Source: Vicinamibacteria bacterium (GTDB taxonomy: Bacteria > Acidobacteriota > Vicinamibacteria > Marinacidobacterales > Marinacidobacteraceae). From it: DNA of 64,000 nt. Where the stretch lies: positions 3,392,001 to 3,456,000 of the forward strand of contig OY821641.1 in assembly GCA_963555995.3 (NCBI GenBank). The letters run 5' to 3'. The translations under genes and the position numbers were made by a program. This document shows positions 45,411 through 54,139 of this stretch, one piece after another (position 1 is the first letter of the stretch; every line of letters starts with the position of its first letter). The notes beneath the pieces are model-generated. The model was given only the letters and a program-made list of their open reading frames with translations. It did not search any database and had not been told where the DNA came from.

Positions 45411-45790
45411 TCAGACTCGCCGGGACTCCGCGCTCGACGGGGCGAGGGAGTTGGGGCCCACTTCGATCACGTCCCGGGACATCTGTCTCAACTCGGCCAG
45501 GAACCGGTCACGGTCAGGGCAGCGGCGCCAGCGAATGGTGTCGAAGCGCGCTGGAGGGAAGCCGCGGATCAAGTCCGCGAGATCGGACGTGGCCATCTGC
45601 GTGGCGAACCCGTCATCACGGTTCACGAACAGGTCCGGGATGTCCGAGTGGCGGTCCCGAAGGTGGCGCCTTTGGAGGGCGGTGGCCAGCGGTCAGACAG
45701 AAAGGTGTCCTGGAGGCGGCGGACGTACTCGGAATTCCAATCCAAAGGCGGCACAGGATCGTCTCGTAGCAGTACTGCGGACTCGGGCAT
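45411..45790 (-). pseudogene. Degenerate AbiEii/AbiGii-type nucleotidyltransferase toxin
   Basis: Across frameshifts: PFCLTAG / TALQRRHLRDRHSDIPDLFVN resembles the family motif FYLxGGTAL...HRxSxDLDLF. It joins directly to a C-terminal-like segment and is far shorter than an intact gene. Confidence 0.6.
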
Positions 45791-46046
45791 AGCTTTCCCT
45801 CAGGCCGGGCGGCCAGAGCATTGCGATGACTTCGGGGGTGAGGAGCCGCTTGACTTCTTCGATACCGAGCGCGGTGACCGTCCGGTGCCAGGGCAGCCGC
45901 GTCAGCATCCGGACGAAGAGCCGCTGCTTGTCGAATTGGCCAACCCGTTCCCGCTCTCCGGAGAGCACCTCGGCGAGCTCCTCCGGGTCGTGCTTGTAGT
46001 GCCACACGATCGTCTTCGCGATCCGGACGAGTTCGGGATCGGCCAT
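45693..46046 (-). CDS. Small hypothetical protein, probable antitoxin partner of the AbiEii-like remnant (C-terminus possibly altered)
   Basis: IVWHY...LFVRML..LPW resembles small proteins I recall upstream of AbiEii genes; it overlaps the remnant's start. Confidence 0.55.
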   Translation of the reverse strand: MADPELVRIAKTIVWHYKHDPEELAEVLSGERERVGQFDKQRLFVRMLTRLPWHRTVTALGIEEVKRLLTPEVIAMLWPPGLRESYARVRSTATRRSCAAFGLEFRVRPPPPGHLSV

Positions 46047-46083
46047 GGAGCGAGTGTAGCCGCCGCGTCGGGCGGCAGTTGGC

Positions 46084-46743
46084 TCAGCCGCCGCGCAGGA
46101 TCCGGCAGGCGCGGGTGGTGTTGAAGATCCCGCAGGAGCAGAAACGCGCCATCGCCTCGGCGCAGTCCTCCGGAGATCGCCGTCCGGTCCGCACCCAGTC
46201 GAGCATCTTGCGGGCGAACCCGAACGAGAGCATCCCGTGCCCGCACATCGTGGAGAGCTGGAGCGTCGCCCGGTCCGGGAGCCGGTCCAGGTTCCCGAAG
46301 AAGCCCAGGCTGTACTCGACGCTGTGCCGCACGATGCCGGCCTGGCGCGCGAGCTCGGCGGCCCGCTCGGTCAGCCCGCTGATATTGATGCTGATCCCGA
46401 GGTCGGCATGCTTCAGATCGCCGAGGAACGCGACCAGCGCCGCTTCGGTGTCGAAGACCGCGGAGACGACCGTGGGGGCGTCCACCCCCGTCCGGATCGA
46501 GTCGGCCGCGAGCCGCTTGCGCCGCCTCCAGTGCGCCAGGGGATTCAGCCGGGAGGAGCGGAAGATCCCGCCCTTGGTGGCGTCGCCCAGGTTGATCGGC
46601 CCGTGCCGCAGCGCGATCTCGGTGAACCGGCGCAGCTTCTCGGGGGAACCCTCGTCGTTGATACCCCGCGCCGCCATCGCGAAGACGATGTAGTCGTCCT
46701 TCAGCGTCTCCGGAGCCCCGTAGCGGTGGAGGGTGTTCGTCAT
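46084..46743 (-). CDS. Conserved hypothetical protein with Cys-rich C-terminus
   Basis: Start MTNTLHR (ATG 46743); HSVEYSLG, TMCGHGM, C-x6-CSCGIFN. Confidence 0.75.
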   Translation of the reverse strand: MTNTLHRYGAPETLKDDYIVFAMAARGINDEGSPEKLRRFTEIALRHGPINLGDATKGGIFRSSRLNPLAHWRRRKRLAADSIRTGVDAPTVVSAVFDTEAALVAFLGDLKHADLGISINISGLTERAAELARQAGIVRHSVEYSLGFFGNLDRLPDRATLQLSTMCGHGMLSFGFARKMLDWVRTGRRSPEDCAEAMARFCSCGIFNTTRACRILRGG

Positions 46744-46808
46744 GCGAGGCGGGAAGCATACGGGCGCGGGCCGCCGAAGGTAGGGCGCCGGTCCGTAGAA
46801 TCGGCGCC

Positions 46809-48239
46809 ATGGCAACGCTGACCCGCGGGGAGAGCCTTTGGACTGCCTGCCCCGCAGCGCATTCATCCGACGGGCGCGGACCATCGGTAGTCTCGGCGGC
46901 AAACGGTTGGCCTGCTCACCGGCCGCCGTCGGGAGGAGGGCGCTGGCGGCTTCTGCTCAGTGCGGACGGGGAAACCGCCCGGACCGCGGCGAGTCACGTT
47001 GCGTCCGGGGACAACGGGCGCGTGACGCCGGCGCCCGCGATGGAAGACCTTCCGCTCCGCCTGCACGAACTGGACCCGGTTCCGGACGGCGCCGGGGCCG
47101 TCCTGCTCGCCGACTTCCATCGCGCCTTTCCCTGCCGGGACCCGATTCGGCGGCGGGGCAGGCTCGAGGAAACACCGCCCCTGCCGGCGCTCGCCACACC
47201 GGGTTACGTACTCGCACGCCTCAGCCGGCTCGGGGCCGGAAGCCGTTCGCTCATTGCTTCGGCGGAGGAGGGTGAGCTGGTGCGGCGCGCCGCCGACCTG
47301 CTCGCCGGCCGCGGGGCGGCCTGCCAGTTCGAGGTCGCCCGGGAACCGGCGCCGCCCGCGTCTCCGGCCGCAGTCACCGGACCGGGAGAGCCCGAGTTGG
47401 AGAATACCGGAAGCGCGGCGGAACTCAGGCGCATCGCGCTCCACGCACCGGCGGGGAGCGTGCGCACCCGGGCGGCGGCGGCGGCCACGGATGCCGACCC
47501 GGACGATCCCGTCGGCCATCTTCTGGCCGGCTGTGCAGCGAACGAGCGGAAACAGCCAGCGGAGGCCGCCGAGGCTTTCCGCAGCGCCATCGCGCGGGAT
47601 GACTCACTGGCCGCGGCCCACTTCGAACTCGGCAAGACGATGATCATCCTTGACGACCTGGAGGCGGCCCTCGACTCGTTCCGCCGGACGACCGAGACCC
47701 TCCCGGAGTTCGCTCCCGGATGGGCGAACGCCGGAGCGGCGCTCGGCGAACTGGAGCGGCCGGACGAGGCGCTGGCCCCGCTCGAACGGGCCAGCGATCT
47801 GGACCCCCTCAGCCATTCCCTCGCCTCCAACCTCGGCGTCACCCTCCGGGACCTGGGCCGCCTCGAAGAGGCCGAAGCCGCCTTCCGGCGGGCGCTCGAC
47901 CTGGCGCCCGACTTCGTGTTCGGGCACTACAACCTGGCGAACGCGGTCTATCTGCAGGGCCGCCACCGGGAGGCGGTAGGGCTGTTCGAGAAGGCGCGGG
48001 CGATGGACCCCTCGGGCTCCGACCGGCAACGGCTGCTGCTGGCCGCTGCCCGACTGGCCGCGGGAGACACGGACGGATCGCTCCGGGACTACCGCGCTGT
48101 CTTTGAGTCCCTGGAAGGCCAGATGCGCCTCGATATGCGGACCGTCGCCCAGTGGGATCTCCGGAGGCTCGCGGAGCGCACCGGGATCAGCCCCGGACTC
48201 CGGCGCGCCGCCGAGTTCGTGCGGTCCGTCCGGGCCTGA
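46809..48239 (+). CDS. Tetratricopeptide repeat protein
   Basis: About five TPR units (AHFELG, GWANAG, ASNLG, GHYNLA) in the C-terminal half; start uncertain. Confidence 0.85.
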   Translation: MATLTRGESLWTACPAAHSSDGRGPSVVSAANGWPAHRPPSGGGRWRLLLSADGETARTAASHVASGDNGRVTPAPAMEDLPLRLHELDPVPDGAGAVLLADFHRAFPCRDPIRRRGRLEETPPLPALATPGYVLARLSRLGAGSRSLIASAEEGELVRRAADLLAGRGAACQFEVAREPAPPASPAAVTGPGEPELENTGSAAELRRIALHAPAGSVRTRAAAAATDADPDDPVGHLLAGCAANERKQPAEAAEAFRSAIARDDSLAAAHFELGKTMIILDDLEAALDSFRRTTETLPEFAPGWANAGAALGELERPDEALAPLERASDLDPLSHSLASNLGVTLRDLGRLEEAEAAFRRALDLAPDFVFGHYNLANAVYLQGRHREAVGLFEKARAMDPSGSDRQRLLLAAARLAAGDTDGSLRDYRAVFESLEGQMRLDMRTVAQWDLRRLAERTGISPGLRRAAEFVRSVRA

Positions 48240-48622
48240 CCTCTGCGGGAAGCGGCGTCATGGACGCGGATTTGCTGTGAATATGCAGTCGGGAGCGCCG
48301 GTCTTCAGACCGGCATCGCCCGCGCAGCGGGCGAAACTCCCGGTGTTACGTGGCCGCATGGCGCTGCACCTATCCGCGTGGCGTTGCACCATACGGCGTG
48401 TCGTTCCGCCATCCGGCAAATCAGCGATGGGAGTTTCGCTCCCCGCTGGGGAGCGATGCCGGTCTGAAGACCGGCGCTCCCGCCGTTTCCACCGTTTTCA
48501 TCCCCGGCGGGTGAGCAGGAGGACACGCGCATGACCGTTTCGCGCTTCCGCGCGATGCCGGTCTGGAGACCGGCGCTCCCAGCCGGCGCGCCGCCGAGTT
48601 CGTGCGGTCGGTCCGGGCCTGA
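48200..48622. repeat. 40-bp direct repeat (48200-48239 / 48583-48622) enclosing three REP-like palindromes
   Basis: ccggcgcgccgccgagttcgtgcggtc(c/g)gtccgggcctga occurs twice. gggagcgccggtcttcagaccggcatcgc lies at 48291-48319, with inverted copies at about 48453-48481 and 48552-48580. Confidence 0.88.
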
Positions 48623-48639
48623 AATTCCCCGAATTCCAT

Positions 48640-48669
48640 TTGACTTGGACCCCCCTTCGGCCATATAAG
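48640..48669 (+). promoter_or_regulatory. Putative sigma70 promoter
   Basis: TTGACT-N18-TATAAG in a locally AT-rich patch 66 nt upstream of the ATG at 48736. Confidence 0.5.
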
Positions 48670-48735
48670 GGCTAGTCCCGCTACGCGGTTTGTCCGGCGT
48701 GGCGGTCATCCCCCGGCGAACGGAGAAATCCCCTT

Positions 48736-50211
48736 ATGCCCAGCCAATTCAGTAACGCCAAACACTTGGCGGTCGGCCTGCTTGCGGCCGGCGTCGCGCT
48801 CTTCCTTCTCGGGGGTTTCGCGGCGGCGCAGGAACAGGAGGCGGAGCCCAAGCCTCCTGAGGGCCAGACGCATCCGCTCCTCGAGCCGCACGACGTGCTC
48901 AACGAGTTCGGGGTGATCAGCTCCAGCGGACACGACGACGGCGGCTGGGGGCTCGAGCCCGAGCTGCGGGTGCCCGAGCAGTACCAGTACCGGCGCCGGG
49001 ACCAGCAACTGAAGGAAGTGGACCTCACGGGGAACCAGCTTCCGCCGATCCTCACCGAGATGCGGGTGCTCAGCAAGGAAGTGGCGCCCGGCGACGAGGT
49101 CCGCGCCATCGCGCGGGTCGTCTCGCCCTACAACGAGGCCCAGTCGTTCGTCTCCCTCTTCTACAACCGGGAACTCGGCCGCGCGGCCACCATGTACATC
49201 AACTTCCAGCCCCACGAGAGTGACGACACTCTCTTCCTCGGCCGCGGGAAGCTGTCCCGCTTCGCGGCGCCGGGGCGCTACGTGGTGGGGACCACGATCA
49301 TCGCCGACAAGGTCGGCGACCGGAAGGCGTACTGGGCCGATTTTCACAAGGCGATGCAGGAGGAGGACGGCTCGCCGGTCGGCTTCCAAGTCACCGAGAG
49401 CGACAGCGTGGACATCACCGCGCCAACCCTCAAGTCCGTCAGCGTGGAGACCGAGCGCGTGCGGGCCGGCGGCGGCCTGATCAAGTACAGCGTGGTCGCC
49501 GAGGACGATGTGTCCGGCGCCACCGAGGCGGAGACGATCTGGGTGTCGCCGAGCGGCTACCACCAGATCCGCTCGACCATGGTGATGGTGGGCGGCCAGC
49601 CGGGCCTCTTCAAGGGCGTGCTCCAGATTCCGCAGTGGTACGAGGGCGGCGAGTGGCAGCTCATGCGCATCACGCTCAAGGACAACGCCACCAACATCCG
49701 CTACTACTTCAACCGGACCGAGCCGATGATGGAGGCCGCGACGGTCCAGGTGGACCAGGAAAAGGAAATGGTGGACCAGGTTCCGGCGAAGATCCTGGCG
49801 GCGCAGTTCACCAAGAAGCAGGCGAAGCTGGGCGAACGGGTGGGGCTGACCGTCCTCGCCGAGGACAACCTCTCGGGCGTCTTCAGCATCGAGGGCTACG
49901 TCCGGTCGCCGAACGGCGCCGACGCGCTCAAGGTCAAGCTCAAGAGCATGACCCCCGAGGCCGGCGAGTTCGTGGACGTGAACCGTCCGTCCAAGCTGCC
50001 GGAGCCCAACATCTGGACCGGGAACTTCACGGTGACGGACACCATGGAGTGGGGCGAGTGGGAACTCGTCCGGCTCGGCGTCTCCGACGAAGCCAGGAAC
50101 TTCTACACCTACTACGAGGATCGGGATGCCGAGATAGACGGAATCACGGTCAACTTCTACAATGAAGACACCGAGACCGCCGAAGAAGGCGGCAAGGAGG
50201 GTGCGCGATGA
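48736..50211 (+). CDS. Secreted protein with three beta-rich (Ig-like) repeats, unknown function
   Basis: Sec-type signal ending FAAA; repeated P..S/A-V...A-E-D-D/N-x-S-G...G-E-W-x-L...D-x-A-x-N units; strong coding codon bias. Confidence 0.85.
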   Translation: MPSQFSNAKHLAVGLLAAGVALFLLGGFAAAQEQEAEPKPPEGQTHPLLEPHDVLNEFGVISSSGHDDGGWGLEPELRVPEQYQYRRRDQQLKEVDLTGNQLPPILTEMRVLSKEVAPGDEVRAIARVVSPYNEAQSFVSLFYNRELGRAATMYINFQPHESDDTLFLGRGKLSRFAAPGRYVVGTTIIADKVGDRKAYWADFHKAMQEEDGSPVGFQVTESDSVDITAPTLKSVSVETERVRAGGGLIKYSVVAEDDVSGATEAETIWVSPSGYHQIRSTMVMVGGQPGLFKGVLQIPQWYEGGEWQLMRITLKDNATNIRYYFNRTEPMMEAATVQVDQEKEMVDQVPAKILAAQFTKKQAKLGERVGLTVLAEDNLSGVFSIEGYVRSPNGADALKVKLKSMTPEAGEFVDVNRPSKLPEPNIWTGNFTVTDTMEWGEWELVRLGVSDEARNFYTYYEDRDAEIDGITVNFYNEDTETAEEGGKEGAR

Positions 50212-51560
50212 CGGCCAAGACCCATAGCAGAACGCTGGACCGCCGCGATTTCTTCAAACTCGGCGCGGCCGCCAGCGCCGGCGCCGTGCTTTCCACGCGG
50301 AACGCCGCCGGCAGCCCCATCTTCGAGGCGGGGGCCGGGATCCCGCAGGGAGGCATGGTCCTTCCGGCGAACCCCGGCTTCAAGACGAAGCACCTGGTGA
50401 CGGTCATCCTGGGCAACGGCGCCCGGAAGATCGATGTCATTGACAACCCGGAGCACTCGCCCTTCCAGACGAAGATGGCCGCCGAGGGCACCGTCTTCAC
50501 CGAGGACTACGGTGAGACCGCGAACCTCCACGGCTACATGTACTCCGAGGTGCTCAGCGGCGTGGACGCTCCCGCGCAGCGGCCCCGCTACCCCACCTGG
50601 TCCGAGTACATCCGGAAGAAGGCCGGCGGGACCGCGACCGATTACTGGACCCTCCAGGGCGCGTCCTACTACCGGGCCTGGACCTGGGATGTGAAGCACT
50701 TCAGCCAGCATCCCGAGTACGGCGTGAAGCACGGCTCCACGAGTCTCACGATGAACCGGATCTTCTATCCGGAGCAGAAGCTCACCGGCGCGCAGCTCGT
50801 GGATCTGAACGTGGAGAAGGGGCTCGGGCACACGGCCAAGGAGCGGAAGCAGGTCGAGGAGTTCGTTGACTCCGTCCTGGCGTCGAAGTCCTACGTTCCG
50901 CCGTCCACCCGGGAGCCGGTCATCAACCGGGAGATCCCCTACGGCGACGCCCAGGTGCTGACCCTGGTGCCGCAGATCCTCAAGGAGTTCAAGCCGAAGT
51001 CCATCACCGCGCAGATCCTCGCCCTCGACGACGCGCACGCCGACTTCGGGTTCTGGGACTACAACACGGACTACTGGGAGTACATCAAGCACATCAAGAC
51101 CACCGATGAGCTGATCGGCAACCTGTGGCGCCAGATCCAGGCCGACGCGTACCTCCGGGACACCACCGCGCTGGTGATCCGTCCCGAGTGCGGACGCGAC
51201 GACGAAGTGAACATCTACGGACAGCTCGGGCACAGCCCGGGCAACTACTACGCCCACTACGTGTGGTTCATGGCGCTCGGGCCCGACTTCAAGAAGGGCC
51301 ACACCGTGACCGAGCGGGTGCAGCGGCGGGACGTCGTTCCGACGCTGACCTACCTCATGTCCGGTGAGAACGCCGAGTTCGCCACCGGGCACGTCCGGAC
51401 CCAGATGTTCAAGGACGAGTACAACCTGCCGAAGTACATCCTCCCGCCGACGGCCGAGGTCAAGGAGCCCGCGGTCGACTGGGAGAAGATCGTGGAAGAG
51501 CGCCGGACGGCCGAGAAGGTCAAGGAGTTCGCGCGTTCGACCGTCGGCTACGGCGACTGA
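50208..51560 (+). CDS. Tat-exported protein, probable alkaline-phosphatase/sulfatase superfamily fold
   Basis: DRRDFFKLG twin-arginine signal; LDDAH, IRPECGRD...LGH, LGPDFKKG, DVVPTL; ATGA overlap with the upstream gene. Confidence 0.75.
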   Translation: MTAKTHSRTLDRRDFFKLGAAASAGAVLSTRNAAGSPIFEAGAGIPQGGMVLPANPGFKTKHLVTVILGNGARKIDVIDNPEHSPFQTKMAAEGTVFTEDYGETANLHGYMYSEVLSGVDAPAQRPRYPTWSEYIRKKAGGTATDYWTLQGASYYRAWTWDVKHFSQHPEYGVKHGSTSLTMNRIFYPEQKLTGAQLVDLNVEKGLGHTAKERKQVEEFVDSVLASKSYVPPSTREPVINREIPYGDAQVLTLVPQILKEFKPKSITAQILALDDAHADFGFWDYNTDYWEYIKHIKTTDELIGNLWRQIQADAYLRDTTALVIRPECGRDDEVNIYGQLGHSPGNYYAHYVWFMALGPDFKKGHTVTERVQRRDVVPTLTYLMSGENAEFATGHVRTQMFKDEYNLPKYILPPTAEVKEPAVDWEKIVEERRTAEKVKEFARSTVGYGD

Positions 51561-51606
51561 CCCGAGGACCGAATCCCAAGTCAAACCAACAAGGAGACCA
51601 ACGAAA

Positions 51607-51876
51607 ATGGACGACCTGAACCGCCGCGCATTCCTCAGGAGGGCCGGCTTCGCCTTCGCGGGCGTGGTGGGCGCCGCCTCGTTCGCGGCCGCCCAGCAGC
51701 AGGAAGAGGAGAAGAAGGAAGACGAGGAGACCCAGGAAGAGATTGACTACGACGCTCTCTTCGCCGAGGACGCCGGGGACGAGGACACCCGCGCCTGCCC
51801 GCAGTGCGGGGCTCTCATGTACCGCCAGGGCCGCACCTGGACCTGCGAGAACTGCGGCTACAGCTACGTCGAGTAG
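51607..51876 (+). CDS. Small Tat-signal acidic zinc-ribbon protein, 89 aa
   Basis: AAGGAG RBS near 51591; MDDLNRRAFLRR signal; acidic linker; CPQC-x12-CENC; ends GYSYVE. Confidence 0.8.
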   Translation: MDDLNRRAFLRRAGFAFAGVVGAASFAAAQQQEEEKKEDEETQEEIDYDALFAEDAGDEDTRACPQCGALMYRQGRTWTCENCGYSYVE

Positions 51877-51994
51877 TTCTTCCTGAACCGGCGCCGCCGG
51901 AGTTGCTCCTCCGGAGCCTCCGGCGGTCGGCCCACGAGCCCGTTGCCCACCGCGCGGCAGCGGGCTTTTTGCATGATCGGCGCGGCCGAACGGA

Positions 51995-52726
51995 TCAGGC
52001 GGGCGCCGGGACGATCAGGTGGCCGAAGACGATGAAGAGGAAACACGCGGTGCTCAACATCGCGTACTCGGCGCTCGCCCGGCGATAGGTCCAGAAGCGG
52101 AACCCGGCGGCCGGAGTCCTGCCATCCAGCACCGCCCGGGTGTAGCAGATCCGCTGCGCGGCGATCAGGTTCCCGAAGACCGCGACCACGATCAGCGCCG
52201 CGTGGACGTTCCCGGAGACGAGCCCGACGACGAGGGCCACCGAGCGTTCCGGGCGCTCAAGGAAGCCCACATCACAGGCGGGAATCAGTTTCTCCGCGCG
52301 CGAGCGCGCGTACGAGGTGGCGACCGTCCCCGCGGTGGCGAGACACCAGACCGCGAGCCAGACGTTCCGTTCGGGCGTCTCGGTGGTCGCCAGGAAATAG
52401 AACAGCAGTCCGAACAGGAGCAGCATGTCCGAATAGCGGTCCATCACCGAATCGAGATAGGCCCCGAACTGCGTCACCTCGCGGGACGCGCGGGCGACCG
52501 CGCCGTCGAGGCAATCGAAGGTGATCGCCAGCAGGACCACCCAGCCGGCCGTCCACTGGTCCCCCTCGAGCAGCGGCCAGAAGACGAGCCCCATGACGAT
52601 CGGGCCCGACAGCGTCAGGGCGTTCGGGGGAACGCGCGCCCATATGATCCCGCGCGCGATGCCGTCCCGGATCCATTCGAGCACGACCTCCCAGAAACGG
52701 CCCAGGAGGGAGAAGAGCTTCTTCAT
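51995..52726 (-). CDS. CDP-alcohol phosphatidyltransferase family protein
   Basis: DCLDGAVAR...GAYLDSVMDRYSD signature; start MKKLF at 52726 preferred. Confidence 0.92.
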   Translation of the reverse strand: MKKLFSLLGRFWEVVLEWIRDGIARGIIWARVPPNALTLSGPIVMGLVFWPLLEGDQWTAGWVVLLAITFDCLDGAVARASREVTQFGAYLDSVMDRYSDMLLLFGLLFYFLATTETPERNVWLAVWCLATAGTVATSYARSRAEKLIPACDVGFLERPERSVALVVGLVSGNVHAALIVVAVFGNLIAAQRICYTRAVLDGRTPAAGFRFWTYRRASAEYAMLSTACFLFIVFGHLIVPAPA

Positions 52727-52900
52727 GTTGCCTCGGGCCGGAACGCACCCCGACGCCGGAGAGGCTCGGGGCGTGGCGAGGGGGCCGGGACGGGCGCCTT
52801 CGGAGGGGATGCGGTCAAGGGCGCTCGGACGGAACGGCGGCGGATGTCTCGCCCCGCCGCGCCGCGAGACCCGTAGCATATTCGGGATCACCCGGACGCG

Positions 52901-53848
52901 ATGAGCCGTCTTCCCCTGGTGATCGCGAACCCCGAAGCGGGAAGCGGGAGCGGTCGGGACCGCTGGCGGGCCGCCTCCGCGGCCGTCACCGAGCGGCTTG
53001 GTCCCCACGACCTGACGTGGACCGAGGAGCCGGGCCACGCGGAACGGATCGCCCGGGCGGAGGGGAACGCGCGCCCCCTCCTGATCGCCTACGGCGGCGA
53101 CGGCACCGCCTCGGAAGTGGCTCGGGGCCTCGCCGGCTCGAAGGGGGGCGCCGAGCTGGGCCTTCTTCCGAGCGGAACGGGCAACGACTTTGCCGCCGCT
53201 TCAGGAATCCCGACCCGCCTTCCGGAAGCCGCCCGGTTCCTCAGCCGAACCCCGGCCCGGGCCACCGATCTCGGCCATGTCGAGGCCGCGACCGGAACGT
53301 CCCGGTTCTTCCTGAACAGTTTTTCGCTGGGACTCGCCGCCGCGGTTGCGGAGCGAACATCCCTCGGCGGCGGCCTGGGCCGGGCCACCTACGCGGCCGC
53401 CGCGGCGCGCGAAATCGTCGCGTACCAACCGGCGCCGCTCCGCGTCGGCCTCGACGAAAGCCCCGCCCGGCCGCGCACGCTCCTGAACCTCACCGTGCTC
53501 AACTCGCGCCGGTTCGGCGCCGGGATTCCCCTGGCGCCCCCGGCCGATCCCGGGGACGGCCGCCTCGACGCGGTGCTGATCGGTCCGCTCGGCCCCCTCG
53601 CCCTGATGGACGCCGTCTTCCGGCTCACCCAGGGAACGCACTTCACGCGGCGCGAGATCGAGCACCGCGCGGTCACGCGCGTCACGGTCGGCTCGTTGCC
53701 CGGCGCGCGCGGCGCACCGGAGCTGCTGTCCGAGATGGATGGGGAGGTCGTCCGCTGGCGGGAGGCGCTCACGGTCTCGGTGGCGCCCGGCGCGGTACGG
53801 ATCAGGAGGGCGCCACCGCGTCCGCCGGACCGCGATCCCGGCGGGTGA
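52901..53848 (+). CDS. Diacylglycerol/lipid kinase family protein (YegS/DagK-like)
   Basis: NPEAGSG, GGDGT, PSGTGNDFA, MDGE. Confidence 0.9.
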   Translation: MSRLPLVIANPEAGSGSGRDRWRAASAAVTERLGPHDLTWTEEPGHAERIARAEGNARPLLIAYGGDGTASEVARGLAGSKGGAELGLLPSGTGNDFAAASGIPTRLPEAARFLSRTPARATDLGHVEAATGTSRFFLNSFSLGLAAAVAERTSLGGGLGRATYAAAAAREIVAYQPAPLRVGLDESPARPRTLLNLTVLNSRRFGAGIPLAPPADPGDGRLDAVLIGPLGPLALMDAVFRLTQGTHFTRREIEHRAVTRVTVGSLPGARGAPELLSEMDGEVVRWREALTVSVAPGAVRIRRAPPRPPDRDPGG

Positions 53849-53960
53849 ATCAACACCAAAAGACCTGATGGCGCCGCCGGTCTGAAACGCCGGCGTCAGC
53901 CGGCCCACTTGCTGTGAAAATGCCGTCCTGCGCGTTCGCCAACGGCCGTGAGGGCACCGC

Positions 53961-54123
53961 CGGCTTGGAACGCCGGCTTCAGCCGGCACGCGCTGCGCGA
54001 AGCGCAGCGCACGACGCTCTTCCACGCGATGGCGTCCGGCTCTCGGTCCATCACCGCGAACAGCGGCACGACATCCGCGAGCCTTCGGCCCGCGGTGCCG
54101 GCTGAAGCCGGCGTTCCAAGCCG
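53961..54123. repeat. Perfect 29-bp inverted repeat (REP doublet-like) between convergent genes
   Basis: cggcttggaacgccggcttcagccggcac (53961-53989) and its exact reverse complement (54095-54123); a degenerate third copy near 53884-53904. Confidence 0.85.
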
Positions 54124-54139
54124 TTGCGCCGTTCTCGGA

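Noticed and set aside
48291-48580. Possible CRISPR array
   Set aside because: Only three copies, mixed orientation, irregular spacing, no cas genes.
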